Source: Squalus acanthias
Taxonomy: Eukaryota
Direction of reading: 5' to 3'
DNA length: 64,000 bases
NCBI GenBank assembly: GCA_030390025.1
Contig: JASTWF010000346.1
Span: forward strand, 372,001-436,000
Shown here: one piece after another, positions 1 through 13,515 of the stretch
Position numbering within the stretch: position 1 is the first letter of the stretch
How the letters are laid out: the number at the start of each line of letters is the position of its first letter
Program-made: the position numbers and the translations under genes
Notes under the pieces: model-generated
Told to the model about the DNA's origin: nothing
Databases searched by the model: none
What the model saw: only the letters and a program-made list of their open reading frames with translations

Positions 1-272
1 CAGACCCCTCTGAACTCTCTCTTCTTCTGACTCTTTCCTTTTGCACTTCCCTCCCTCTCTTTGCCCCACCATTGGCAGCTGTGCCTCAGCCATCTAGGCC
101 CATGCTCTGGAATTCCTTACTTAAAGCCCTCTGCCTTTCCACCTCCCTCTTCTTCTTTAAGACCTTTCATAAAACACTTTGTTCTAACCAAGCTTTGATC
201 ATCCTTCCTAATATCTCCTTCTTTGGCTTGGCATCCATTTTTGTCTGAATACGCCTCTGTGAAGCACTTTGC
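1..272 (+). mobile_element. Decayed 3' end of an L2-clade LINE, truncated by window start
   Basis: Degenerate 'ctctggaattcc' (LWNS) C-terminal region followed by a tail ending '...ctgtgaagcactttg', recalled as typical of L2 3' ends. Confidence 0.5.
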
Positions 273-830
273 AAGTTGTTGCTGTTGAATGTGGCCTAGA
301 CAAATATAGTTTACAAACTTAGGCCCCAAAAATTTGCAGGGTGCCATATCTCTGTACGTGTTGTGATGCACCAGCCCCTGACCCCTGCTGCTGATTATAC
401 CAAAATTCGCAGCATTAGGGGGAGGTCCCACAATTTAAATGGCTTTGGCCGGCTAGGGGCACATTTGGGGCACCCTGCCGGACAAAGAGGTCGGAAAGTA
501 CGGGGGTGTTGGTCCCACCAGTCCCGGAATACAAGTGTTGGAGGACAGCTCAAAATATTTTTTTGGCTGCGCGAATGCCAATGTTGGAGACCCTACCCTT
601 ACAGAGGCAACCATATTAATAAACATCAGTGCCAATGTTTGAAGTGGGCAGAGGCTCCATCCCCAACAAGCCATTCAGCAAACTTCAGTGCTGGCATTTC
701 TGGCTGGAAGTTACAGCAGGACTTTCCACCTCATGAACTTTTACTAATATTAGATATTCGAAAAGAATTATTTTCATTGCATGTGTTGTAGATAATATCA
801 TTATCTAATTCACTGGTGTTTACTTTGCAG

Positions 831-950
831 ATGATATCTTCCCTGCTTACCCTGACTGGCTCCTGCCATTGCTCCTGACTATTTGTTGTCTAATTGCAGC
901 TATTTCTGCTGTGATTTATTGGAATGTGAAACAACATAGACGCATTAAAG
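831..950 (+). CDS. Transmembrane exon of a butyrophilin-like (B30.2) gene; upstream exons lie outside the window
   Basis: Acceptor tactttgcag|, donor |gtacag, 120 nt, phase 1-1; encodes DIFPAYPDWLLPLLLTICCLIAAISAVIYWNVKQHRRIK (hydrophobic helix then basic stop-transfer). Confidence 0.8.
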
Positions 951-990
951 GTACAGTCTCCGTGTAACAGTGACAAAAAATATAGATACA

Positions 991-1159
991 GGGCTGGAAA
1001 TCCCGTGGGCGTTCTCCCAGTCTCCCGCTGTAACTTCGGTGGATAACCGGAGGAATCCCTGGAGAAACGGCATAAAAACCATGTTCCACTGGGGGTTCTG
1101 CTGATATTCCATCGAAGTTAAGTTGGGAGACAAGGAGAACCCTGTGAAATTTCAGGACC
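991..1159. mobile_element. Short Harbinger-type MITE remnant
   Basis: Imperfect terminal inverted repeats gggctggaaat / atttcaggacc; flanks aca/acg. Confidence 0.35.
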
Positions 1160-2527
1160 ACGGGATTATACAAGCGAAATGTGGAAACAAGACCAGGTTT
1201 ATTTCAATATTAAATGTTGGGGGGTGGGAGTGAACATCGAAGTGAAAAACAAAGGAATAGTTGCAACTCCCACTTGCCTGCTGAATAGAAAACTCTTCTC
1301 AATTTTCATTATTTTTTAACAACTCTTTCACAGTTAGATTGCCTATTGAATATTCTGCGATTATGTCCCTCTTATTGTAAATATGTCTTTTACATTTTCT
1401 TGAGCAAATGTGCAGCAAGAATAATCTGGAATAATATGAACAAATGGAGCTCTGTTTCACCTTTTTGCTGTTGTATTAATTCAGGAAATTATTATTATGT
1501 TTGCCTCTGTATCAAGAAGATAGGGTAGATATTCTGAGTCCTTGTCCACCTCAGCCAATATCAGAAAATCACTAAAGTAATAGATGGTAAATCTCGGGGT
1601 GAGGGTGCAGTTTCCTGATGAGCTCCAGAATTGGTGCACTGGAATATTGACTTGTTCAGAACCCAGATCACGTTCCTTCTTAATCAAATCAATGGGAAAG
1701 AATATCAGGCGGAGTGTAAGCGGGGCTGCGATTCGGTGCTGCCTGTTTTTTGCTACCGCCCAAGACCAATTTCACCCCCAGTATTTTATATGTGACCAAT
1801 TAAACAGTTAAAATGTACCTGTTTCAACTTGCAGTTATTTACCCTATAGATAAATTCAGTACTCAATTTACATTATTGATAACTGCTTCACTTCAATTAG
1901 ATACTTGGGTAACAGTCGGTAATCATGGCCAAATTCTTCCCTTTTCAACCTTTGCAAGTAAACTTTTAACTTGTATTGATTTGTTTAAAACAACTTCACA
2001 ATTGCACAATATATTATAAAATAAGATCTATTCATGTTTCCCATTGCTGTGTACTTTGCCTTACATTTATCTACATTAAAATCACTCGGACTTTGAATAC
2101 TAATTATCTTACACTGTACCCATAGCTTGGCATCAGCAATGTTATAATATTACATAAAGTGCCCTCTATATAGTTTCTGATTAGTGTGAAGAACAGGGAA
2201 TCCAGAATGAACCCTTCCTAATTATTACTTTAATTATTTTTGCTGTTACTTCATTAATGCTTTCTCTTTACGAAGCTCCCAAAAATATTAACTAGTGGCT
2301 CATCTATTTTGTTGCTTATTTCCTTGTTGATTGTGAGGTGTATCACATCTGGTCCATGTGCCCTGTCTGCATTTGACTCTTTGGATGTGGAATTTGTCCA
2401 CACAGCCTTTGTAAGGATTGATATGGACAATGCATGCATCACATCTGCCATTTCTTGATACTCCATAATTTCTATTCACTTATCTTTTAAAGGTTCTGTT
2501 TGGTGTTTAACATCTACTTTTATCATT

Positions 2528-4780
2528 TAGAATCATAGAATGGTTACAGCACGGAAGAAGGCCTTTCGGCCCGTCGAGCCCGTACCGACTCCTTGCAAGA
2601 GCACCTCAGCTAGTCCCACTCCCCTGCCCTTTCCCCATAGCCCTGCAATTTTTTTTCTTTCAGGTACTTATCCACCTCCCTTTTTAAAGCTGTGATTGAG
2701 TCTGCCTCCACCACCCTTTCAGGCAGTGCATTCCAGATCCTAACCACTTGCTGCGTAAAAAAGTTTTTTCCTATGTCACCTTTGGTTCTTTTGTCAATCA
2801 CCTTAAATCTGTGTCCTCTGGTTCTCGACCCTTCTGCCAATGGGAACAGTTTCTCTCTATCTACTCTGTCCAGACTCCTCATGATTTTGAACACCTGTAT
2901 CAAATCTCCCCTCAATCTTCTCTGCTCTAAGGAGAACAACCCCAGCTTCTCCAGTCTATTCACGTAAATGAAGTCTCTCATCCCTGGAATCATTCTCGTA
3001 AATCTTTTCTGCACCCTCTCCAAGGCCTTCACATACTTCCTAAAGTGCGGTGCCCAGCATTGAACACAATACTCCAGTTGAGGCTGAACCAGAGTTTTGT
3101 ACAGGTTCATCATAATTTCCACGCTTTTGTACTCTATACCTCTATTCATGAAGCCCAGGATCCCGTAAGCCTTTTTAACTGCTGTCTCAACCTGCCCTGC
3201 CAACTTCAATGATTTGTAAACATATACCCCCAGGTCTCTCTGTTCATGCACCCTCTTTAAGATTGTACCCTTTCGTTTATATTTCCTCTCCTCATTCTTT
3301 CTACCAAAATGTATCACTTCACACTTTTCTGTGTTAAATTTCATCTGCCACGTGTCTGCCCATTCTACCAGCCTGTCTATGTCCTCTTGAAGTCTATCAC
3401 TATCCTCCTCACTGTTCACTATACTTCAAGTTTTGTGTCATCTGCAAATTTTGAAATTGTGCCCTGTACACCCACATCCAAGTCATTAATATATATCAAG
3501 AAAAGCAGTGGTCCTAGCACCGACCTCTGGGGAACACCACTGTATACCTTCCTCCAGTCCGAAAAACAACCGTTCACCACTACTCTCTGTTTCCTATCAT
3601 TTAGCCAATTTCGTATCCATGATGCCGCTGATCCTTTTATTCCATGGCTTCAACTTTGCTGGCAAGTCTATTATGTGGCACTTTGTCGAACGCCTTTTGG
3701 AAGTCTCATGTACACCATGTCAACCACATTGCCCTCATCAACCCTCTCTGCTATCTCATCAAAAAACACGATCAAGTTGGTTAAACACAATTTGCCTTTA
3801 ACAAATCCGTGCTGGCTTTCCTTAATTAAACCACACTTGTCCAAGTGACTGTTAATTTTGTCCCTGATTATTGTTTCAAAAAGCTTCCCCACTACTGAGG
3901 TTAAACTGACCGGCCTATACTAGGGTGTAACATTTGCAATTCTCCAGTCCTCTGGCACCACCCCTGTTTCTAAGGAGGATTGGAAGATTATGGCCAGTAC
4001 CTCCGTGATTTCTTCCTTCACTTCCCTCAGCGTCCTAGGATGCATCCCATCCGGTCCTGGTGACTTATCTACTTTAAGTACAGCCAGCCTTTCTAGTATC
4101 TCCTCTTTATCAATTCCTATCCCATCCAGTAACTCCTCTACCTCCTCCTTCATAGAACATAGAAACTAGGAGCAGGAGTAGGCCATTCGGCCCGTCGAGC
4201 CTGCACCACCATTCAATACGATCATGGCTGATCATTCAAATCCAGTACCCTGTCCCTGCTTTAATCCCCACAGTACACATATCCCACACGACCCCCGTAA
4301 CCCCACGTATTTAATTCCCCCTAACATATCCCATCCTATCCCCATAACCCCACATATTTAATCCCCCCCTAACACTAAGGGTCAATTTATCATAGCCAAA
4401 TCAACCTAACCCGCACATTTTTGGACAGTGGGAGGAAACCGGAGCACCCGGAGGAAACCCACGCAGACACGGGGAGAATGTGCAAACTCCACACAGACAG
4501 TCACCCGAGGTCAGATTCGAACCCGGGTCTCTGGCGCTGTGAGGCACCAGTGCTAACCACTATGCCACCGTGTTGCCCTTGTCCTTCACTATATCTATGG
4601 CAGCATCTTCTTCCTTGGTGAAGACAGATGCAAAGTACTCATTTAGCACCTCAGCTATACTCTCTGCCTCCATGCGTAGGTCTCCTTTTTGGTCCCTAAT
4701 CGGCCCCACCCCTTCTCTTACTACCCATTTACTATTTATATGTCTTTCGAAGACTTTTAGATTCCCTTTTATGTTATTTC
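2528..4780 (-). mobile_element. 5'-truncated CR1 LINE with a frameshifted ORF2 RT region, interrupted by a SINE at 4153-4581
   Basis: Minus-strand ORFs 2610-3419, 3671-3892, 3920-4153 with KSPGPDG, QHGF, DLGV, WNALP motifs; CR1 3' stem-loop and microsatellite tail at ~2528-2600. Confidence 0.9.
4153..4581 (-). mobile_element. HE1-type V-SINE (tRNA head, V domain, CR1-derived tail)
   Basis: Near reverse complement of 60352-60778; 7-bp TSD tccttca at 4146-4152 and 4582-4588. Confidence 0.88.
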
Positions 4781-4844
4781 AGCAAAAGAGAGCCAAAGAA
4801 ATTCTTTAACTATCTATACTCTGCTAATTCTAATCTGTTACAAA

Positions 4845-5418
4845 ACGCTAGTTAAGCCACAGCTGGAATACTGTGTGCAGTTCTGGTCACCACACTATAG
4901 GAAGGATGTGATTGCATTAGAGAGGGTGCAGAGGAGATTCACCTGGATGTTACCTGAGCTGGAGTGTTTCAGCTATGAAGAGAGACTGGACAGGCTGGGG
5001 TTGTTTTCCTCAGAGCAGAGAAGGCTGAGGGGGGACCTGATTTGAGGTGTACAAAATTATGAGGGGCATAGATAGGGTAGATAGAAAGGAACTTTTCCCC
5101 TTAGTAGAGGGGTCAATAACCAGGGGGCATAGTTTCAAGGTAAGGGGCAGGAGGTTTAGAGGGGATTTGAGGAAAAACTTTTTCACCCAGAGTGTGGTTG
5201 GAATCTGGAACTCACTGCCTGAAAGGATGGTAGAGGCAGGAACCCTCACAATATTCAAGAAGCATTTAGATGAGCACTTGAAACGCCATAGCATACAAGG
5301 CTAGGGACCAAGTGCTGGAAAATGGGATTAGAATAGACAGGGCTTGATGGCTGGCGCAGACACGATGGGCCGAAGGGCCTCTTTCTGTGCTGTATAACTC
5401 TATGACTATGACTCTATG
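4845..5418 (+). mobile_element. CR1 3' fragment
   Basis: [12 protein letters not shown] and WNSLPE motifs; tail ctctatgactatgactctatg. Confidence 0.85.
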
Positions 5419-5870
5419 TTATCCTCATCTGACTCTTTTGTGACTCCCAGTTCTCATTATGTCTTGTTTCCTGCTGCCTTCATTTTATTTTCAATGAATG
5501 GCACACACCCTCTGTTTTCTTTCTGTTATATTTTTGGTTCCATAACAGCTCATGTTTCTTTGCATTTTTTGAAATAATTTAGCCAGTATGGCTTGGGTGT
5601 GCTATTCTAATTTTTTTCTTTGTAAGGATGTCCTTCCTTTCCACTCTCTTCAAGTAATTGTGTGCAAAAAATGTTCTGTTGTTAATTTAATCTTCCACCT
5701 CCCACTTAATCCTCCCTAGAAATAAACCAATTACACAGTGTAGCACCACGTGAACTGTAGCACGGTCTATCACTTAAACACCTAAAGATGATAGAAGTGG
5801 ATGTATGGCATACTGAGGTGAAAGTTATTTTCATTGAAAGATCATCATATCTATTCAAATTATTTCAATG

Positions 5871-6195
5871 AGAACATAAGAACATAAGAAATAGGAGCAG
5901 GAGTAGGCCAATCGGCCCTTCGAGCCTGCTCCGCCATTCAATAAGATCATGGTTGATCTGATCCTCACCTCAAATCTAAAGAACACAAGAAGTAGGAGCA
6001 GGACCCGGCCACTCAGCCCCTGGGCCCGCTACGCCACCCACAGTGCCTCGACCGATCCGAACTCAGCCTCATGTCCAATTTCCTGCCCGCTCCCCGTAAC
6101 CCCTAATTCCCTTTACTTCTAGGAAACTGTCTATTTCTGTTTTAAATTTATTTAATGATGTAGCTTCCACAGCTTCCTGGGGCAGCAAATTCCAG
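5871..6195 (-). mobile_element. CR1 3' end carrying a doubled 3' stem-loop tail
   Basis: (agaacata)n tail at 5871-5890; same two-tail layout as 49340-49580. Confidence 0.75.
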
Positions 6196-7183
6196 AACCA
6201 CGATAGGGTTCCCCTTGTCCTCACCTTCCACCCCACCAGCCTCCACATTCAACGGATCACCCTCCGCTACCTCCAGCGTGATCCCACCACCACACACATC
6301 TTCCCCCTCCCCTCCCCTTTCAGCATTCCAAAGAACCGCTCCCTCCGCGTCACCCTGGTCCACTCCTCAATCACCCCTTCCCCTTCCCACGGCACCTTCC
6401 CATGCAAGCACAGGAGATGCAACACCTGCCTTTTTACCTCCTCCCTTCCCACCATCTAGTGTCCCAAACACTCCTTCCAGGTGAAACAGCGATTTACTTA
6501 TACTTCTTTCAATTTAGTATACTGTATTCGCTGCTCATGATGCGGTCTCCTCTACATTGGGGAGACTAAATCCAGATTGGGTGACCGCTTTGCGGAACAC
6601 CTCCGTTCAGTCCGCAAGTGTGACACTGAGCTTCCGATCGCCTGTCACTTTAATTCTCTGCCCCACTCCCACTCTGACCTCTCTGTCCTTGGCCTCCTAC
6701 ACTGATCCAATAAAACTCAATATAAGCTCGAGTAACAGCACCTCATCTTTCGATTAGGCATTTTACAGCCTTCTGGACTCAACATTGAGTTCAACAATTT
6801 CAGATCGTAACCTCTGCCCCCAATTTTGTGGACGGCAGCTGTCCCATTTACACCTCTTCTAGATTTATCTTTTGTTTCCTTACTTGTCCCATTACCACCC
6901 CCTCTTGCCTTGCACCATCATCCCTTTTGTCATTCAATCTGTCCTGCCTTTCAGCCTATCATAGACCTTCCTTTTTGTTCTTTCCTCCCATCCCCCCTTT
7001 CCCTGCCTCTATACTTGCTTAAAAATTTGTTACATATCTAACATTTTCCAGTTCTGATGAAAGGTCAGCGACCTGAAACATTAACTCTGTTTCTCTCTCC
7101 TCAGATGCTGCCTGACCTGCTGAGCATTTCCAGCATTTTCTGTTTTTATTTCAGATTTCCAGCATCCGCAGTATTTTGCTTTT
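6192..7183 (+). mobile_element. Penelope-like element 3' fragment (decayed GIY-YIG endonuclease plus 3' pLTR)
   Basis: Manual translation gives DRVPLVLTFHP and NLVYCIRCS*CGLLYIGETK...RFAEHLRSVR; pLTR end 'cagatttccagcatccgcagtattttgct'. Confidence 0.85.
7050..7086 (+). ncRNA. Minimal type I hammerhead ribozyme motif in the PLE pLTR, probably degenerate
   Basis: agtt-CTGATGA-a-aggtc/agc/gacct-GAAA-ca-TT-aact: stems I and II pair; stem III reads ACAT rather than palindromic ACGT. Confidence 0.65.
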
Positions 7184-7243
7184 GTAATTAATTAAGTCAT
7201 AGTTTCTAATATTCATTTCAATGTTTTTGTTGTATCTTTCCAG

Positions 7244-7276
7244 AACTAGAACTCCGGAAATCTATCATAGAACTTG
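7244..7276 (+). CDS. 33-nt juxtamembrane micro-exon of the butyrophilin-like gene
   Basis: Polypyrimidine tract, tttccag| acceptor, |gtaaga donor, phase 1-1; encodes ELELRKSIIEL in frame with 831-950. Confidence 0.72.
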
Positions 7277-8021
7277 GTAAGAGTTTAACATTGAAATATT
7301 CACTAACTATAAAGAATATTGGTTTTGGAGTAATTGCAAGTTTAATTAATTACATTTACATTTTTTATCAGTTAGGCTCAGTTATTTTTGCGTATTGATG
7401 GCATGGCTATACTTTAAAACAAAGGCTAATAAACTGATCCCCTGAATATTCTCCGTGCACAATTCACTGTACCAGGATATCTTGGAATAATCTTTGACAT
7501 TTGATTTAAATACATTGGGAGGAATTTTCCAAAACCCTGTGCTGCCACAGGGGCCTCAGAAACAGCAGACGGACAGTCAGAAAATTGTGGGTGTCTTCAT
7601 TCCAACCTCAAAAAGCACGCTGCTTACCAGTGTCACATTTTTGTTGACCACACCGCTAATTCATTTGAGCGCTCAGACTTACATTGGTAATATAATTTGT
7701 ACCAACCCGTCAACACATTATGCTGTACAAACACACCCACTAGAAACTAGATTGAGATTGACCCAAAGTCGTTTCATATAGAACCATGATAGCTAGTAGA
7801 GGGAGGAGACTTGCCTCCCATTAATCTAGCCAGATATCGTTCCCAGGTCCCAGAGTTAAAAGGATAAGAATAACCCACTGTGCCACCCACTGTACCAGAT
7901 AGACCGATCTTATGACAGGCCATAATATATTTTATTATTGTTTGCCCTTTGATTAAAGCTTCCTTACAGCTGTACTCCTTAGTTGCCTCAAAATATTTTC
8001 CTAATGTTTAGTTATATATAT

Positions 8022-8440
8022 AAAAAAAGAAAAACTACTTCCATTTATGTAGCATCTTATATGTCCTCAGGATGTTCCAAAGCACTTCACAAGTCTGCAG
8101 ATGTGACAGCCAATTTGTGCACACCAAGGTCCCATAAACAGCAATGAGACAAATGACCAGTTAATCTGTTTTTTAATGGTGTTGATTGAGAAATAAATAT
8201 TGGCCATTGAACCAAGAGAACGCCCCTTCGAATAGTGCCATGGGCTCTGTTCTGTCCACTTGAACAGTTTGATAGAACCTCAGCATAACATCTCATCTAT
8301 AAACTGGCACTTCCAAAAATGCAGTGCTCCCTCAGTACTGCGCTGAAGTGTCAGCCTGGATTATGCGCTCAAGTCCTGGAGTGTGGATTGATCCACAACC
8401 TTTTGACTCGGGTTAGAGTGCTACCACAGAGCCAAGATTA
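8022..8440 (-). mobile_element. DeuSINE (SacSINE1-like), decayed
   Basis: 'gcagtgctccctcagtactg...cagcctggattatgcgctcaagtc' is the reverse complement of the body at 59461-59520; A-rich tail at ~8022-8050. Confidence 0.75.
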
Positions 8441-10384
8441 CTCTTGGTATAAACTAAATATGCCCACGCTATAGAAAACTATCTCCCTCGTGCTGTGGAG
8501 CCGTCAGAATTGTTTAGAATTTTTTTTTATGTGTAAGCCATAAGAAGAACCAACTCCAAAAATTGTAGAAAATATCTCACACCAACTAGTCATGCTTCGC
8601 CTCATCAATAACAGTGTAAATGAAGCATTACTGGAGTATCCAGATTGCACTACACTGTGTAACTAGTTGTTGGGGATGACTGAAACAGGCATCTCAATGC
8701 ACCCATTCATACACACAATGGCCAAAATTAACATTGTTACTGTGATTGTGGTTAAGGAACATAATGTAAAAGTGCTGAGAGTTAATCTACTAATGGTATC
8801 AAAGCTGCAAAATAAATGTTGTGATCGTGTCGGAGTTCTTTATGTGAGTCCCACCTTTATATATGTGAGAAATATTGAAGCAACTTCTGGAACAGTATGG
8901 GTGGTAACAGACCCTTTCAATCTTTATTAAAATCAGCTTTCAGAACTTTGCATAAATTTCATATTCAGAAGAGATGTACAGATTTATGCAATTACCACTC
9001 ACTATTTACTCCCTTCACATTTTAATAAATATTATAAAATCTCAAAGTTAAATAACCAACTTATGTAAAATTGATTACTTGTAAGTTTCATAGTTTGGGA
9101 TGACTGTTTCTCATTAAGATGAGAGACAGAAGTCCTGAATTACTCCGTTCTTTGTATGAAACATTCTGGTTAGGTTTATCACAGAGTGTACTGAGGAAAG
9201 CTCCTGAGGGAGACCCAGCTTCTGGAAGTGTGGGGGGTGGGGGGCACTGGGGGAGAAGGGAAATCGCAGAAAGGGCACCATGGCATCCAGCAGGACTGAG
9301 TAGGAGGTTTCAGAATGTTGGGAGTAGTCAGTGTCTGGTAGTATTGGGGATTGCTAGGATCTGACAGTATTGGGGGAAGCAGCCTTATATGGAGAGGGCT
9401 CAGGAAAATGGTGCCCACATTGCCCCCATCCACCATGTTCCCAGGTATTGATCTCTCCTTACCTGTCCCCAACCATGTTGCACCCTCAGATAGCCCCCTC
9501 CCCAGTGAGTTCCCCATTATCAGTGGTTCTTGTCTTTGCATATCTGCCTTAAAGCATTTAAGGGGAAATTTTCTGCTTCACGCCCAACAGGGAAACACAC
9601 TTAAAGATAAGGCTACAATATTGTAGTGTTGGTTCTTCAATTCATCTGCCCTTCGAGCATTTCTCCCACTGGGAGGGTGAGAGTGGTGCCTTTACTCTGT
9701 AGTGCAGCACTGGTTAGGCAGATTTCCTGAGGGTATTTATTGCATGATTCTCTGGCTGGTGGACACTGCATTGTCTCTGTCTGCCATCTCCTGCTAAGCC
9801 CAGGCATGTCTTCATACAGGAGGGTATCCTGGCTTATCAAAGAGAGCAAAGTCTCCTTTGCTAGAGATCCTACAATAGGATATCCAAAGAAACATTAGGA
9901 AATAGAGCAGACCTGCTCCTCGCTTCATCTATACTTTAAGAGCTGCAGTTGGACAACTATTACCTGCCAACCCCCATCAGCGAGTTTCCAGTGTCCGGTC
10001 CAATCTGGGCTGCATAACTTCAGGCAATTTTAGGAATCCTTTAAGATTGGATCAGCTGAATTCCGACGAGCAAACCATTTGCCATTCCAAGGATGCGGGC
10101 TGCATTTTTCATAGCTCATGATTTTCTGCCTAGTAAACTGAATGGATGGAAAATCGTGGGCACTGAATTTGTGATAGGCATGCTTGTCAGCTCTTGAGCT
10201 CAGTCCCCGATGATAAAAAATCTGGGCCAGACTGAAAACTTGGCTTCCAATTTGCAATGTGTAATACCACAGGAGGTATCTATTATATTTAAAAATGCCT
10301 GTAAAACTCTTTTCTGTGGAATTATTTACACATTCAATCACTGAGAGAGACTTATTCAGTCTTATTTGTTATTTCTGTTTTCAG

Positions 10385-10411
10385 AGTGGAAGAGAATTTG
10401 TGACTGTGAAG
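10385..10411 (+). CDS. 27-nt micro-exon preceding the B30.2 exon
   Basis: ttctgttttcag| acceptor, |gtaaga donor, phase 1-1; encodes EWKRICDCE, resembling the short W-containing linker exon before B30.2 in butyrophilins. Confidence 0.75.
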
Positions 10412-10425
10412 GTAAGATCTTATTA

Positions 10426-10489
10426 TTGTAACGCACAATAAAAAAGAAAGAATAAACTCAAAAGCTGATGAACAGCTTCAAAAAAGCTG
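10426..10489 (+). repeat. 64-bp direct repeat, copy 1
   Basis: Matches 13452-13515 with 2 mismatches. Confidence 0.9.
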
Positions 10490-11161
10490 ACAACTCTTTA
10501 AAAAAAAACATACAACTGAAAAATAGCCTTCAATAAAGGTCTTTGACCAAGACCACTGCTTCAGTGCAAGCAAGCAAGTTCCATTCCTTTTTATTACATT
10601 GGTTTCAGGATTTTTAATTAGCGTTTTGGGAGCAGATTCCGCAGTTCAGTTTGTTTTTCTGTGAAACACAATTCCTTACCGCATGACATATAAAAAGAAT
10701 TAGTTACAATGGGAGAGCAGCAGGACATGAACTTGTTGTGACTGAGGCGGCTGCCATACCCAATATTCCAGCAGTTGTAATTTCGAGGAAAAGCCTGAAG
10801 TACATAAAACTGCTATTTTTGCTGTTGTGGATTTAGAAATTTTTGAAGAGGGAAGTGACATGATGGTGCAAGATTTATTTTCTAGTAGGGTCCAGGGGCA
10901 TGTCCCCCAGGAAAAAAAGTTTTAACACCATTTTGAAGCATTTTATGATTCTTCATGTTTCTCTTACCTTCTTTTCCATATAAATTTCTGATTTTGTTGT
11001 CCTGCTGTTGGAAGTAAGCCCAATCGTGCATCTTTATCACTTTCCATACCTGTTTCTTTGCATAGTACTGTTCTTTCGATCAATGAGCAATGCCTTGGGA
11101 CTTGAACTAGTTAAATTAGAAAATTCAATACAATCCAAAATGGATGTATCTGTGATGAAAC

Positions 11162-13350
11162 GAATTGGCTAGGATGGATTGGGGAACATTACTTAAAGGG
11201 TTGACGGTGGATAGGCAATGGCAAACATTTAAAGATCGCATGGATGAACTACAGAATTTGTTCATCCCTGTTTGGCATAAAAATAAAACAAAAAAGGTGA
11301 CTCAACCGTGGCTAACAAGGGAAGTTAGGGATAGCATAAGATCCAAGGAGAGGACATATAAATTGGCCAGAAAAAGCAGCAAACCTGAGGATTGGGAGCA
11401 GTTTAGGATTCAGCAAAGGAGGACAAAGGGATTAATTAAGAGGGGGAAAATAGAGTATGAGAGTAAGCTTTCAGGGAACATAAAAACTGACTGTAAAAGC
11501 TTCTATAGATATGTGAAGAGAAAAAGATTGGTGAAGTCAAGCGTAGGTCCCTTGCAGTCAGAATCAGGGGAATTTATAATGGGGAACAAAGAAATGGCCA
11601 ACCAATTAAATACATACTTTGGTTCTGTCTTCACAAAGGAGGACACAAATAACCTCCCAGAGATGTTGGGGAACATAGGGTCTAATGAGAGGGAAGAACT
11701 GAATGAAATCAGTATTTGTAGGGAAATGGTGTTAGGGAAATTGACAGGATTGAAGGCCGATAAATCCCCAGGGCCTGATAATCTACATCCTAGGGTACTT
11801 AAGGAAGTGGCCCTAGAAATAGTAGATGCATTGCTGGTCATCTTCCAAAATTCTATAGACTCTGGAACAGTTCCCATGGATTGGAGGGTAGCTAATGTAA
11901 CCCCACTATTTAAAAAAGGTGGGAGAGAGAAAACGGGGAATTATAGACCGGTAAGCCTGACATCGGTAGTGGGGAAAATGCTGGAGTCCATTATAAAAGA
12001 TGTAATAGCAGAGCACTTGGAAAATAGTGACAGCATTGGACAAAGTCAACATGGATTTACAAAAGGTAAATCATGCTTGACTAATCTACTGGAATTTTTT
12101 GAGGATGTAACTGGTAGAATAGATAAGGGAGAACCAGTGGATGTGGTGTATTTGGACTTTCAGAAGGCTTTCGATAAGGTCCCGCATAAGAGATTAGCGT
12201 GCAAAGTTAAAGCACATGGGATTGGGGGTAAGGTACTGACTTGGATAGAGTCAGTACTCTACTGGTTGGCAGACAGGAAGCAAAGAGTTGGAATAAATGG
12301 GTCTTTTTCTGAGTGGCAGGCAGTGACTAGTGGGGTACTGCAGGGATCGGTGCTAGGACCCCAGTTATTCACAATATATATTAATGATCTAGACGAGGGA
12401 ACTAGATGTAATATCTCTAAGTTTGCAGACGACACAAAGCTGGGTGAGCGTGTGTGTTGTGAGGAGGATGCAGAGAAACTCCAGTATGATTTGGACAAGT
12501 TGGGTGATTGGGTAGATGCATGGCAGATGCAGTATAATGTGGATAAATGCGAGGTTATCCACTTTGGTGGCAAAAACAGGAAGACAGATTATTATCTGAA
12601 TGGCAATAGATTGGGAAAAGGGGAAGTGCAACGAGACCTGGGAGTCCTTGTGCACCAGTCATTGAAGGTAAGCATGCAGGTGCAGATGGCGGTTAAGAAG
12701 GCAAATGGTATGTTGGCCTTCATAGCGAGAGGATTCGAGTACAGGAGCAAGGATGTCTTGCTGCAGTTGTACAGGGCCTTGGTGAGACCATACCTTGAGT
12801 ATTGTGTGCAGTTTTGGTTGCCTTATCTGAGGAAGGATGTTCTTGCCATGGAGGGAGTGCAGCGAAGATTCACCAGACTGATACCTGGGATGGCAGGAAT
12901 GACGTATGAAGAGAGATTGGGACGATTGGGCTTGTATTCGCTAGAGTTTAGAAGAATGAGAGGGGATCTCATTGAAACTTATAAAATTCTAACAGGACTA
13001 GACAGACTAGATGCAGGAAGGATGTTCCCGATGGCGGGGGAGTCCAGATCCAGGGGTCACAGTCTAAGGATAAGGGGTAAGCCATTTAGGACTGAGATGA
13101 GGAGGAATTTCTTCACCCAGAGAGTGGTGAACCTGTGGAATTCTCTACCACAGAAGGCAGTTGAGGCCAATTCATTAAATATATTCAAGAAGGAGTTAGA
13201 TATATTTCTTAAGGCTAAAGGGATCAAGGGATATGGGGAGAAAGCAGGGACAGGGTACTGAGTTTGGATGATCAGCCATGATCTCATCAAATGGCGGAGC
13301 AGGCTCGAGGGGCTGAATGGCCTACTCCTGCTCCTATCTTCTATGTTTCT
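11162..13350 (+). mobile_element. Young 5'-truncated CR1 LINE with an uninterrupted 698-codon ORF2 segment (RT domain)
   Basis: ORF 11165-13261 with YLDFQKAFDKV, QGSVLGP, FADD; tail ttctatgtttctatg; 7-bp TSD atgaaac at 11155-11161 and 13351-13357. Confidence 0.95.
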
Positions 13351-13451
13351 ATGAAACAAATAAATGTGCAAATAAAATGGTGTCAAGAGAAAATTGCCAT
13401 TGAACAAACTATATTCTATAAGCATTAAATTAATCTGTGGTTTGACTAAGT

Positions 13452-13515
13452 TTGTAACACACAATAAAAAAGAAAGAATAAACTCAAAAGCTGATGAACA
13501 GCTTTAAAAAAGCTG
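13452..13515 (+). repeat. 64-bp direct repeat, copy 2
   Basis: Matches 10426-10489. Confidence 0.9.

Noticed and set aside
10464..10490. Box C/D snoRNA (TGATGA...CTGA)
   Set aside because: Boxes are under 20 nt apart with no terminal stem, and the D box is absent from the second copy
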